A stretch of DNA of 64,000 bases from Phoronis australis (Eukaryota; Animalia; Phoronida). The first letter of the stretch is position 1, and each line of letters starts with the position of its first letter. The notes beneath the pieces are model-generated. The model ran no database searches, was not told where the DNA came from, and saw nothing but the letters and a program-made list of their open reading frames with translations. Of the stretch, positions 1 through 13,800 are shown piece after piece. The position numbers and the translations under genes are program-made. The stretch is from NCBI GenBank assembly GCA_002633005.1, contig NMRA01000043.1, positions 599,466 through 663,465 on the forward strand, read 5' to 3'.

Positions 1-12
1 ATAAAGATTTAC

Positions 13-59
13 CTTCGCGGAATTGTTCTGTTACTATATCTTGTCACTGAAAGCCACAT
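13..59 (-). CDS. Possible first coding exon of a divergent gene running off the window (MWLSVTRYSNRTIPRR)
   Basis: ATG at 59-57 is open to an AG|GTAAAT donor at 13/12. The peptide is Arg/Ser/Thr-rich with no acidic residues, like a mitochondrial presequence, and lies in the CpG-rich zone upstream of RB1. Too short to be sure. Confidence 0.3.
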
Positions 60-298
60 TTATGTTCCGACTGATCTTCAAAAAACACAACAACCAAACC
101 TTCGGAGAACCTAAATATCGGACACCATGTTTCTCCATACGCCACACCGCGGAAAACTGACTAACCACGTAATGGCCGCGGGCACCTTGTCGCCAAATTT
201 CAGCTCGAGTGTTTTGACATATATGCTGCTAGAACCCAGGTCCATTCGCAACAAAATTATCCATGAAATGAAATCTGATGACGGCGCCAAGTCGTTTC

Positions 299-811
299 NN
301 NNNNNNNNNNNNNNNNNNNNNNNNNNNNNNNNNNNNNNNNNNNNNNNNNNNNNNNNNNNNNNNNNNNNNNNNNNNNNNNNNNNNNNNNNNNNNNNNNNNN
401 NNNNNNNNNNNNNNNNNNNNNNNNNNNNNNNNNNNNNNNNNNNNNNNNNNNNNNNNNNNNNNNNNNNNNNNNNNNNNNNNNNNNNNNNNNNNNNNNNNNN
501 NNNNNNNNNNNNNNNNNNNNNNNNNNNNNNNNNNNNNNNNNNNNNNNNNNNNNNNNNNNNNNNNNNNNNNNNNNNNNNNNNNNNNNNNNNNNNNNNNNNN
601 NNNNNNNNNNNNNNNNNNNNNNNNNNNNNNNNNNNNNNNNNNNNNNNNNNNNNNNNNNNNNNNNNNNNNNNNNNNNNNNNNNNNNNNNNNNNNNNNNNNN
701 NNNNNNNNNNNNNNNNNNNNNNNNNNNNNNNNNNNNNNNNNNNNNNNNNNNNNNNNNNNNNNNNNNNNNNNNNNNNNNNNNNNNNNNNNNNNNNNNNNNN
801 NNNNNNNNNNN
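299..811. other. Assembly gap (N run)
   Basis: Continuous Ns; the X-containing ORFs spanning it are artefacts. Confidence 0.99.
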
Positions 812-1179
812 TCAGTTTTTACAAAAGGGGGCAGCATATGACGAACTTAGGTGTCACAATAAAATGGCTGCCGAAGGCAGTGCACATTTGAAATAACTCG
901 GCACAAATTAAAGAAAACTTCCGAATCGATGAATGCGGTATATCTGTGAGAGTTAAATCGAATCCTATTCAGATCATAACTTTGAAGTGGAATAATTCGG
1001 TGAGTACAACAGCAAGTCGGTTTTATGCTTAGGCGGACGAACATTGGGTTCCCCAGTATACTGTTGTAATAGAGGAAAAAAGGGGTCGGCTAAACAGACA
1101 CACAGGTTCGGGCCTATTAACACGGTGCAAGAGAAAAGTCTGGAGGCTACTCACATTACGTCCGTACAGGACGGCAGCG

Positions 1180-1530
1180 AACTCCAGAAGGCCCAGACGA
1201 TCTTGTCACGTGGTCTTGATGGGTGACTCGTCACGTGATAGGAGTGTGACCTCGGCTGGGCTCTTCTGGCGTTAGATGTCGCACAAGGCTAAGACCAACA
1301 TTGTCACGAAAAGGACTTCACAACATAGAGACGCCACAGCCGAGACTGACGTCGACATTTACTACAATACTCAGGCTCAGCATCCTGTTGTTAGTTTGCA
1401 ACAAATTTGTGGTCAAAACACAAAAACCTAATCAAAAAGCCGATGTGTCGCAACTCCTGAGTGAGTCGAGCCAGTCAGTGAGTCGGTTCAAGATCAAGTA
1501 CGATACGGAATTTCCCGCTGCGTGACGGAT
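1180..1530 (+). promoter_or_regulatory. Probable RB1 promoter / non-coding first exon region
   Basis: Locally CpG-rich. E-boxes GTCACGTGGT (1205) and GTCACGTGAT (1229), candidate GTGAGT donors at 1461 and 1478, and an E2F-type TTTCCCGC at 1511-1518. The first coding exon (4876) is preceded by a splice acceptor, so an upstream exon is expected. Confidence 0.45.
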
Positions 1531-3099
1531 GGATAACATCAATTGCCAGACCATTTCGTAACCTTTCATAATCAACCGGCAATTGCCATTATTCATCCAA
1601 AACTAACCGGGTAATATTCTGTACTGTACTTGACCTTGAACTGACTCATTCAGGAGTTGCGAAGGATGGTCTTGTCCGGATTTTTTTTACCTGAATTTCT
1701 TGGGAACTCAGGATGCTGTCAATGCTATCAGAATAAAGAACAATTGCTCATGGTTTTCTGAATCCCTGTTTTGTGTAAATTTGTTGACATTTGTGTTTGA
1801 TATGAACGACTGAAGTGAAGCACCTGAGCGTCATACCTTGTAGTATATATTTAGTGTACTGGAGACAATCAGAAGTTAAGGATGCCTGTGGCCTTGGCTG
1901 TTTTGCCTTGGTTGAGCTTGGGTTAATTGAAGAGTTTGGTTAGACAAGGCTTATAATTCAGACTAGCCTATTGTATTTACATACAAATATCCAGCGAACG
2001 ATCTGGATAAAAAGTAAGCGAAACAAAGTGTGACACAGCATAATGCCTGTGTCTCATTACTGCATTCTTTCATTCAGTGACTTTACCAGACGTAGAGGGT
2101 TGTGAGGGTGTGATAACATCTAGTTCCTTTGTTAACTGCCAAACACAGTCTTGTCTGGTATGACAACAGGCAGACCAATTATCTACCAGGCTTATTACAG
2201 ACCACCTGTGAGCACAATCAAACCCAGAGCGAATTGGTACGTTCGGAAAGAATAGATCGTCGTAACTTCAGTTGTAGTTGGGCGATTTTGGTGATTCAAA
2301 AACTAAACATGATCAGCATTTGACAACAAATTCAGACATTCCATTGGTTTATGTTCAAATATGTAAAAACTTTTATTTTTAACAGCACACCCCAGTCAGG
2401 CTAGATACGATCTTATTGGTGATTAGAGCAATCACCGAACAAAAGAGAGCTGGCCCTCCAACCATAAATGCCAGAATGAAGTTAATCAGTCGTGTAAGAT
2501 ATTGATTACAGGGTTCATCTTCCCAACTTGCGATAGAATTGAACAAGTTGGGAGCAACATGGAAAATGTGTGTCATTAAAACTACATTCTTCGAATTTTT
2601 ACTTGAGTAATTGAGTTAACTAACATGGCCCACTTCCTGCCATCAGAGGACAGGGGACCAGTTTACTGAACGATTTGGGTGGACTGATTTTCTGTCGGCC
2701 TTTGAAGTCCACATGCCATGTATTGCATATGCCAGTGCTGTGTTACCTGCTATTTTACCAAGCTCTAGGCCAGGGTAGAGCAGACTACAACCAGTACTCA
2801 TATGACATGTGGTGGCTTTATAAGGTTTTCACAAATCACAGTTCTTACAAAACCTACTTAGGTATAAAAGGTATGAAAGCCATGAAATACCGGTAATATA
2901 TTGTTGTATAAAGTGACGGTATCACAGTATAGCTGACACTCGTCAGATGTTACCCTTTTTCTTAGCTTTACGTTGACTTTGTAGTTTGTACCTGTGTTTT
3001 TATCAACAATAGGTCAGTGCAAAGGGTTACAAAATTTATTTCTGAATATTTGACTGAACAGACATGGACAATACTCAAAAACTCAAGGGGATATTTTTA

Positions 3100-4680
3100 T
3101 AACCCATAAAGCATCGTAATAAAATATTTGTATGTCTTGAAGTGACTGAAAGAAATCAAGCAAAGAAGAGTAGTGTGTTGAAGGTAATGTACATGACAAT
3201 GGCTTCCATCAGCCGCGATAGACACCAATGTGTTGCCAAATGTAGCCATGTCTGCAAGTTCTCGAAGAAGCTTTTTTGCACTAATGATGATGATACAGAC
3301 TTGCTCACAACTCTGGGGGCACAACCTCGCTATAGCTGTATTAGAGACTTTTTTCAAAGAACCCATAATTGTTAAAGTGCTCTTCAAATGTAGTGTATTA
3401 TGCAGAGACGACATCTGATCTATGTTAGAGGAGAATTGTATCACTGCTTTCCAAAGACAACAGGCTGTCATAGAAGCCAACAAAGGGCCAAAAGAGACTG
3501 AAGCTAGGGATGATGCTGATGATGAAACTAGAGTTGGTCCTCCCAAGATGCTTGTCTCAAAGAAATATTTGACGAGGAAGATGAGGTCATGAGTGACAGC
3601 AAACCATCTTTGTCAATAGAAGCAAAAGCTCACTTGGAAGTTGTCAGAATATGGTCTGACAGTATTTTTAGTTGTATTGTATTGTTTTGTTTTGTTATTC
3701 TGTTTGATTGGCATGACCCCTGAGTTAGGTACAGTGATGATGTAATTTGTTTACTACTAAATAGTGTGGAACTTTCTAGTAGACTGAGGTCAGAACAGTG
3801 ATGATGTAATTTGTTTACTACAGTATAGAGTGGAACTTTCTGGAAGACTCTAGTTTGACAGTGATTAATGCAGTCCAGAATATTCTAGAGACTAGTACAT
3901 GTTTGTAGAATGGTTGGGTGGATTCAGGAAAGTTCTAGAATGTGCTTGAATTGATGAAAAGTTCCAGAACAATGCATTAGGCTATAAATACACAAGCACG
4001 GGTTTGTGTTAGTAAGATCAAGTCCGGAGATCAAGTCAGTGAGATCAAGTCAGTTCAAGAGAAGAGATCAAGTCAGGAGATCAAATAAGTTCCAGAAAGT
4101 TAATCAGGAGAGCTACAGTTGAGTTGCAGTGAAGAGAATTAGCAGTTACAGCGATAGTCAATAGAGAGCCAGCTATAGAGACAGCAGGTTATTGAATCGA
4201 CGAGTGTAACAGTTGCTGAACGTGTCTCAGAAGTTCATCACAAGTCAAGGCTTCGCAGCACTGGCTGGAGCATAAACAGACATTACGTCAGACGTTTTGT
4301 TTGAGTAGGCTTGTGAACGTACGGTCGGGATTAATAAAGGATTAACTCGAACCAGTCTTCAGTCAATCGTAGCACCGAAAGCTATTAGCACCGGTCTGTA
4401 ACAACCTGCGCCCACCCACACACGGGGAAAAACGTGACAGAAGTGGAAAGTTACTTACAGGTGCTCTCTTTTGTGTTTTGGAGCAAGCACCAGACCAACT
4501 GCAGATTAGTCCTGTTTTGGCAAAATTTACTACAATATGCATCCATGCCTGTGTAAGCAGTGACCTCTGTGTGGATTATAAGCTTGGCAGGCAAGGCCAG
4601 TTTGTCTCCAGGATGAGCTGACCAGTTCATTTTCCTTGTAAAAATGCACAGTTTGTGCAACAAACAAAGTTAATCAGTCT
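3100..4680 (+). pseudogene. Degenerate hAT (ZBED1-like) transposase relic, split by a solo LTR
   Basis: Removing 3642-4439 and one TSD restores IEAKAHLEVESYLQ. It is followed by frameshifted pieces FWSKHQ..P.LAK..ASLSP..DQFIFL that resemble the hAT C-terminal dimerisation domain. Left boundary approximate. Confidence 0.6.
3642..4439 (+). mobile_element. Solo LTR of an LTR retrotransposon (798 bp)
   Basis: TGTCA...TGACA termini, exact 5-bp TSD GAAGT (3637-3641 and 4440-4444), internal TATAAAT (about 3984) and AATAAA (about 4333), and short internal repeats (GAGATCAAGTCA). Confidence 0.88.
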
Positions 4681-4876
4681 TGTCGTTTAACCATTTCAAT
4701 ACAAAGTTGTGTACGTTTCTTCAATCACAAATTCTGTGAGAAATAAACGTTGGAATATTGTGTAGTTTCATCAAATATCGATGTTGGATCACATTGTTTT
4801 GTTCTTAACAGAATGCAGCCCTGTTGTACAAAAACAAGTTGTGGTAGTACTTTTGCATCATCTTGTTCGTTTCAGA

Positions 4877-7800
4877 ATGATGGTTACCAAAGAGGAATTT
4901 TCCGCTTTGTGTACAAAACTGGATATTGCTACTAGAGTGGAAGCAGATACCTGGTCTGCATGGACACAACTGGGCCATGCAAACAGCAAACCAGACATCA
5001 GTGTAAGTTACATATGCTTCCTATTGCTCTACACAGGTTTCACTTGAATTTGCCGGGCTTTAATGCCTTAAAAAATTGCATGGAATTCCTCTCATCAAGC
5101 GTGAAACACAAAACTTACACTTGAATGGTCAAACATTCCCTCAGGGTTAGAATCAGTTTCAACTTATGCTAAATACTCTTAGCTTGACAGTATCAGAAAA
5201 TGCTGCCTGGATGTAGAAGACAAGATATGGATTTCATTTTGTTGTAATACAAGGCTGATTCATCAGAATCCTCGGACTAGAGCCATTGTAACTACATGGA
5301 ATAACTGGTGGTCTAGGCAATGAGACAATGTTGGGGAGGGAGATTTACCCCTACTGTAAAAATTGGAAGGCCTAGGAATCTTTCCCCTTGGTGAGAGAGT
5401 GCCTTGTATAGTTCTGTGTTCTAGCATCTGTACAACCAGTGGTTAATGGAATGTGTGGTACACATCTGTTCTGATGGTAGTGGATCTATACTTCTAAGTT
5501 CTAATATTCATTATTTAAAAAGTTCCCATGTTTTAAGTTGCACATTCTCTGTGCAAAACTAAGTTTTTATGGATTTAAGTGTCAAATATATGGAGCAGTG
5601 GAGCAGTAAAAGGTGATGTAAATAACACCATTAGCCAATGTATGACTTTGAAAAGCGTTTCTGCTACCTGTGGTAGATTGCATATCTATCCCAGAACATC
5701 TACCCTGGGTACAAGAGTAAGAGATGCCTGGCTGATGGACAAAAAGTACATCAATAGGACTTAACCCAAGTTACTGAAGATGCTTAAATCTGATCATAAA
5801 AAGACCGACCATGAAAATGTGTCTGCATGCATAACATGCAGCATTCTTTGCATCGTTGCCAAGTGTCTGGAAAAAATATTAATAAATTTAAATTTCTGAG
5901 GAGATAATCTGACAAGTATAGTATTGAATTATGAAAATTTGTATTTTATATTATTATTTGTTTATTTTGAAAGAATGTCGTGTTGAAAGAGCATTTGGCA
6001 ATATGTTTCATAAAACTGGTGTGCACTTAAATTCATTTTTTACTGATCCGAATGAAAATGATGCCCAAAGAGTATTTGTAGCATGTCTGCAAGCAATATA
6101 ACCTTACATTTTTGGTCCGTGTTTATTGCTCGACACTTTGCTTAATGCCAATTTGCCAAATGCGATTTAGCAAAAATCCCAGGTCGCCAAATGAAAAACT
6201 GAGGCTGCCAAAACTGATGTCTGAAGTCACTGACCAAAAAGAAAAACTTGTACTGCTGTCAACATTAAAAGATATACATAATTCTTTTTTCACTAAATTC
6301 AAAGGAATTTTACCCGAAACTTTAATCATAGATTTTTCACATTTGAAAAGCACACCTTTGAATGAGATGTTAAACTTTGAAATAAAATTGCCAATTGAAA
6401 GAACTCATGAAATCTTTTTTAAATGTCCTACAGCTTGGGCCCTCTGGCTAACATCCAATAGTCATTGGATTTGAGTTTCCACTATTTAAGGCATCCATGC
6501 CAATTACTTTGACATGTCTGATATAATGTTCTGACTTTGAATAACTTGCTATGCCACCTTCACTGCTATGTTATCTGGTGTTATTACATGTCTTATATTT
6601 ATGTTCTGATCTTGGATAACTTGTTATGCCACCTTCACTGCTATGTTATCTGGTATTACTACATGACCACCGATACTTCTGTCCTCTTATTCACTAAACC
6701 ATATTAAAATGACTTCGGATGTCCTTATTTGTTACCTGACCAATTACAACCTGCAGAAACCGCAACCCATGAATGATTGTAAGGAGACCATAACATTGCA
6801 TTGAAACACGTAAGAACTTGGTAATCAACTGAGAGACAGAAATATCAAAGGAAAGAGAATCAGATGTCCAATAATGAGTCAATGTGGTCTTCCTTGGTCC
6901 ATTTGACCTATTATCACCCTCAGGATTGTTCCATGTATTAGTGTGTACTGTGGTATTTCTTTTAAAAATTCTGAATTATTTGTTTTGTCAGAATTCACCA
7001 ATGAAGTGGCTGGCCTGTCTACTATACACTACCAGTGTTGAAGCGAGGTAAAGTATCTATTCTGTTTTTTAACTATTCAAATCTGCAAGCTGTAACTATG
7101 ACATAATGTTTTCCAGATTTGTGGATGTCATTGTATCAGTAACTATTAACATAGCTCAAGAAATCATATTTAATTTCAAATTATTTTTCATTAATTTATT
7201 AAATAACACCCTGTGGAATGCCCATGGATATTAGTTGCAAAATAGGCGCATTTCAAATTTCGTGATTTAAACTTTTTGTTTGGTCCGTGTATGGTTGTTG
7301 CTAGTATTATAATTATCTCTTGAGTCATGTCAAATATTGCCTCATCAGGTATCCATATGGTCTGAATGATCCCATCATGAGAAATGGTTGTTCAGAGGTG
7401 CCACGTTTCAACTTGTTCAAACTTTTATCAGAGACTGGAATGAGGTGAGACGACAACTGCAGCCTGAGTAGATAGTCGGCTTTGTCTTTCACCTGCTGAG
7501 TGATGTGCTTTCAATTTATAACTTTGCTGACTTGAACTTTTTGTCTAATATACAGTACAAAATGTTAAGTATTTCTTAGTACAAAAATCATTTCGTACTT
7601 TGTTGAGATCAGAATAGTTTGGCAGCAGCTCCTGCTGTAGACAAAATGTGTTAAACTCACAGTATTGCTGTCATTTTAGGTTTGTTAATGTGACTTGGCC
7701 AAATGCTTTTTTGTTGCTCTGAAAACGACTGTCAAACACACAAAGATCTCAAGTGAATTTTGTGGAAAATAATTGATTGTTTACATTGTTGTGTGTTCAG

Positions 7801-10800
7801 TGAAGTTTGTTGTGATCAAAATTATGTTGTGAAATTAGGCTATTAAAGACTTATTCTGCTGACCGGGCTCTTTGTGGACCACGATATAGACAGCTCATTG
7901 GTTGTGGTTTGTACCCATTCTCACTGGTGTCTAATTCTATTCTGTAGCATGGCTGAGCTGTGCAGTCAACTACAGATGTTGAAGAATCAGTCAGTTGTGG
8001 GTGACACGGCACGAGACAGTATAACGCTGTTGCTGAAAAGGTACCTGATATGTGCACCAATCTTCGACAAATTTGAACGGTAAGCTGTTATGAAATTGAT
8101 TTGAACTCTAAGGCCATTTTTCTAAATGCATTTATCCCCCCCTTCAAGCGTCTGCACCAACTTTTCCATATCATGTTGACACTAATTTAGTTAATTATGC
8201 AACCATCATCAGGATTTTGTGGTGTTGTGAAGAGGATATAATGGCAGTTGCTGTGAAATGACCAAAAAGAGTTGGGTGTGGTCTGCAAGCTTGCCACCTC
8301 AATTAGAAAATACTGAAGTGTGTTGTTAATAATAATCAACATCAAATAGCAGTGTCTGATCATGTTTCTTCACTACTGACAGAAATCATAAGTGGATTAG
8401 AATGGCTGGGGTTTTTAGTACATTTTAACTACCTGCATGCAGTAGCATTGATAATACATAACTTTCTTTTGGTATCTGTGTTTCAGCATTTTCAAGGAAA
8501 TATTCCTCCAAGAACAACCGGATATACAGTAAGGCTTGCATTGAAAGTTGATAATAGTGTTACATTGTTAGATTGTTAGTGATCTTGATAATAGTGTTAG
8601 ATTGCTTCACACTTAATGCTTGGTAATAGTGTTAGATTGCTCCACACCTAATGCTTGGTAACAGTGTTAGATTGCTCCACACCTAATGCTTGGTAACAGT
8701 GTTAGATTGCTCCACACCTAATGCTTGGTAATAGTGTTAGATTGCTCCACACCTAATGCTTGGTAATAGTGTTAGATTGCTCCACACCTAATGCTTGATA
8801 ATAGTTTTAGATTGGTACTCACCTAATTGCTCCACACTGAACACTTAAAGACATAGTTTCACACCAAAACAACTGCTTTTCAAAACAAATAATAGGGCTG
8901 TGTGAATCTGTTGCACAGGGCAGTTCTTGTCCAAACAGCTTGGTTAATGAGAAAAGCCCAGCAATAATGACCTTTTCCGACTTCAGCCGTCGAGTCAATT
9001 CTGAGACCAGGCATATGTGGTTACATAACTGTCTGATGTCAGTTCAGGAAGACAGCTGTGTATTGCAATGGCTAAAAGCAGTCAACCCTCCAAAATTTTG
9101 CTTGCTTCATTTGATAATTTCTTTCAACTCCATTTGTTGGCATAATTAAATTGTTTTTCGCCAAGAAGATGTAAAAACCAGTGTATCACATATAACCAAG
9201 CCTAATACAAAAAAGTGCAGTTTTAATTTTTTTCATTTTCAGCAGTGAGTAAATTAACCATGTATATAATTGAAATTTGAGTGGAGGTGGCAATGTCAAT
9301 GACAAAATTATAACAACACTTGAAATGGAAGTCTTCTGAACTTGGTTTGTTAAATTCATGTGTTAATGTATTGAAATAATAACAAACCCAAGGCATCAAA
9401 AAATATTGCCTGAAGATGCCAGTGAACATATTATTTCAACCATTCATTACGACAAGTTAATTCTACCATGCTTTGGTCACTGAGTCATAGAAGTCAAAGA
9501 ACAAATCAGAGGACGATTATGATTTAATTCCCAGTTCAAATTAAAATCAAGTGCTTTCAGTTGGAATTATCTATTTGGTTTCTACAGTGAAAGACTTTCA
9601 AGGTAGTTGAAGGTTACCGCTACTGTACATAAGTCACAACTGAAATAATCTCACTACACTAAACTTTATCTGTGGTCTAATCTTTTACCGAAATAAGTAA
9701 CTTAGAATGCACAGTACTTTAACATTTAAGCATTACAAACGTTATCCAACAAAAAGACAAATTTACATGATATAAAAGTGGATATGCCTAACTATTACCA
9801 TGGCGACCACGTATTTGTTACATTAGAAATCGACAAGCATGATTTGAAAAAGTAAGAAGTTGCTGTGGAAAAGGGATTGGAGGCTGGAACCTTCACAATC
9901 CAACATGGCCTATTACTCTAATTAAGAGCCTTTACATTTTGGCCCTTAATAACTTGAATTAAGAAAGCAAAAAGTTACAACACATGTATTGAAAGAACGA
10001 TTCATACGTAAAATTTAGAAAAATATGAATTATGTTGTGACACATAATCAAACCTTAAAGCGCAATTGACTTTCAAAGAAAAAACGATTTCAAAACTTTT
10101 TCAACTGTTTTTAAGCTGAGTGTATGGTCAACTGAACGGGATATTCACACTGCAATAATTAGAATATTCCTTATATTTTTTGTAAAAAAAACTAAACATT
10201 GTGCAAAGTTGTTTTGTAGCAGCTTTCATGAAAATGTATCAAAGTTAAAACTTCACGAAGTACAAAATAGCTGATTGAACATGCCCTTCAGTTCAGCAGA
10301 TGTCGCCATGTTGTCGGAAATGAGACCAAGCCCAACGGGAATTGTAAGCATTTTTATCACTCAGTAAGTAACATCTGCTTGGCTGAAATCCATTGAAATA
10401 GTAGGTGTAGATGTTTCTCTTATGCACGGTTTTAAACTCGTAACTTATGCCACTTGTCCAAGATGACCAACCAGGTCCAAAAAAGTGACCCAGATTTCGC
10501 CACCAAAATTGCAATAAATGTGCACTTCTTAACCAGATTTTGATAATTTTTCAATTTTTACTGAGTGGGATGCATTATCTTTCCGGTTATATTGTAATAT
10601 TTTTGCAAATCGTTCATTTAGTCCAGCTAGCTATCGACTAGGCTAAAATTCAATGGATTGCAACGACAGATAACGAGCATAAAGCAATTCAACACATCCA
10701 CCTACAAACATTTACCGGTATGTTGCAAAAACTGTTCTTCAAAAGAAAAGCAATCTACTGGTTACTTTTAATCCTGTCCGACAGTGTCTGTCGATGCTAT

Positions 10801-13800
10801 CCGCCATTTTGAATGTTAGTTTGTTAATACTAGCTCAAGGCCCTCTAGCTTCTGGAAAGCGACGGCATCTACTGTTTCGAATACTCTGTAAAAGTTCACT
10901 CATCCTGGTTTACAACTATAATCGGATCACGGGCTGTCGTTCTAGAAGCAGTCCATAGAAATATATTTGCTGCATACTACCGAATACGGCCATGCTCCAC
11001 TCGTGGACTTCGCAAAGTATTCTCACTTGCAACGCAGTCTTGGAACAGTGGCAAACTTGTGCAAAGATACCCCAGCCCTTGACGTATTGCCACAACCTCC
11101 AACTACACAACGATCAGGCATTCTTCTTCAAATATTTACTCCAGTTTACATCTAAAAATCCGACTACTTTTGAAAAAGTACTCCTCTTGGCACACAGCAA
11201 TGGACACTGTGGACTCAGTCAGGCTGACACTGCAATGATCAGGTCACGTCCCTACTAACTGTAAAATGTTTATAGCAACACACAAGACCTTGTGCATATG
11301 TGTCACATTTCAGAAAATTAATGGACAAAAGTTGCATAATAAACCTATTCTAACAAACACAAAGATTCCATTTGTGCCAGATAGTCCGAACCAAGAGTAC
11401 AAATCTATGGACAAACTCGGCAGTGATCGGGTCAGGAATTCCTGATGTATTCCGGATGTGACGTGTTTCCGAAGATAGCCGAAATTCAAAATATTCTGTT
11501 CTCAAAATTGTGTGGGAAAGTGGGAGCGTGTTTTAAACGAATAATTGAAGAATATAGGGAAATAAAAAGAAATGTGGTTTATAAGCAATCTTTATTAACA
11601 GTCAACATATGTGTTTACATGTTAACTACAACTAAATAGCTGTGAACCAATCTCTTTAATAATAGTGTTAGATTGGTACTCACCTATAATGTTTCATTAT
11701 AGTGTCGTGATAGCTCCACACCTAATGCTTGATAATAGTGTTAGATTTCTGGAAACCTAATGTCTGATAATAGTGTTAGATGTTAGATTACAAACATAAT
11801 GCTTGTTAGATTGTTGAAAACCTGTTTGATAATAGTGTTAGATTGCTACACTCCTAATACTTACCTAATCCAAACATCATACAGTAGATGTTAATCAGTT
11901 ATCGAAGGTTTTGATTATCTGTTACTGCTTGCCAATGAGTGCTTTGATCCATCCATATTTACTTTACGTTAATTTGTATGCGTCTGAAAATGTGTTACAA
12001 TTAAACGCAAGTACGACGTTATTGACAAAGGATACTTTTTAGTTTTTAATATTTACATGGCCAATGACTAACATTGTATGTTTCAGTCTGTAGATCAAGT
12101 ATTCTGTGGATAGGCAGGATAATGTTCTCCTAGAACATTTAACACAGTGATTTATGCTGGACTGTTGGTCTTGTCATATTTCATTTTTTTCAGGTCAGAA
12201 AACCTACATTCCAATGAGGAAGAGAAGCCTACTTACAAACGAAAGTTAATTTGGTCTCTCTTTGTACTGGCTAAAGGTACATGGATCATATTTAATGTGC
12301 ATTTGTTTAAAAAAAAGTATGTGTTGTATCTAAATGCACATTTATAATGTTAGTGGAGGTGGAGTATGGATAATATTTCAATTTAGAAACTTTATTGGAA
12401 AGACTTGTCATGTTGAGAGACTCCTTACATACTTCAGTAGACGCTATGTAACTACTCTTTATTAAGACTCCATACATTAGTACACGCTGTGTAACTACTC
12501 TTTATTAAGACTCCCGAGACTAAAGTTTCTCCTACAACATTAGATGAAATAAGAAGCCTTATCCTAGAATAGAGGTTTTAAAGATAAGCAGCAGAAAATG
12601 TTACAAGCAGTTTTCAAAGCTTGATCATCAGAAAGCAAAACATTTTGATTGATAATGGCACCTTAATTAATTGTCATTGATTTGATTGTGTTCCTTTTGA
12701 TATTTTCGCTATTAGATAACTTTTACAGTGCTCGCCAATGCGACCTCAGATTGTGTTTGGCGACCTTGGAAAATCTCCAAGTCAATCTCCATGAAGTCGC
12801 CATTGCAAGTATCAAAGTCGGACCATAATTCCCTCTAAATTCATTTCAAAGTTCCTGTTGACTTCCAAACTTTATATTACTGACAGTTTTCCAAGATTTA
12901 TTACCTTTGAGTCACAAATGTTCGGTTTATTTCGTGAAATCAGCACATTTGCCACCACGTTCAAATTACAAGAGGAAGTAAACAGACAGAAGTTGGAATT
13001 GTTTTTCAAAAATCGGGCAAGATTGGCTAAATTCACGCCGGCAACCCATACAGTTGTCTGCACTTTTATGTTCACTAGTCGGCGGGAGGAACTGAATTTG
13101 GAATGAATACAGAATGAAGGTACGCCTACATTTAGGCATTTACTGTGAAATTAGGTGGCGCTATGGCCGTCTGACCTTTTTTGGTCGAGGAACATTTACG
13201 ACATCCAGATAAGAAATCTGGGAATTGATTAATGTGCCTGCCATTATTTTCAGTGTTGGCGACCTCGGATTTTGTTCGCCAGATGTGACCTGGCATTTAA
13301 CTAAGCATTGAGCACTGTTTTATGATTGAAAGATGTGACTTTAATGAGACTGCATCAATTTTTGACAACTAAGTGTATACAATTGAAATGCCATCATTGT
13401 TCAGGTTATCAGCAGCTTAGCTTTGTTTATCATTTCAGAGATCATTTTAGCCAAAAATGCCCAGCTCATCAGTAGTTTCCAAGTGCTGCTCTGTGCTCTT
13501 GACCATGTGATCTTCTTTACACCCTCGTTCCTGCTCAACTCGCCCTACGGTAGGTTTGAATTAGGAGTCAAGTTGCCATGAATCATACATGTACAATCAG
13601 TAAGTCATATGACCCAGTTGACCAATAGGCAGTGTTATTTTCTTACCCACCTATGGCCTTGGAATTGGGTCAAAGATGGATAATAGAGCTAAAATGAAAT
13701 GTCCATTGTTTTGTGCAAACGCCAAGCTGCTGTATGAGGAAGTCTTGCCCTTATTAGTCTGCAGGATACGGGAATAATACAGTTTATACTGCAGACGTCT

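Noticed and set aside
127-891. Long ORFs containing X runs
   Set aside because: Artefacts of the N gap.
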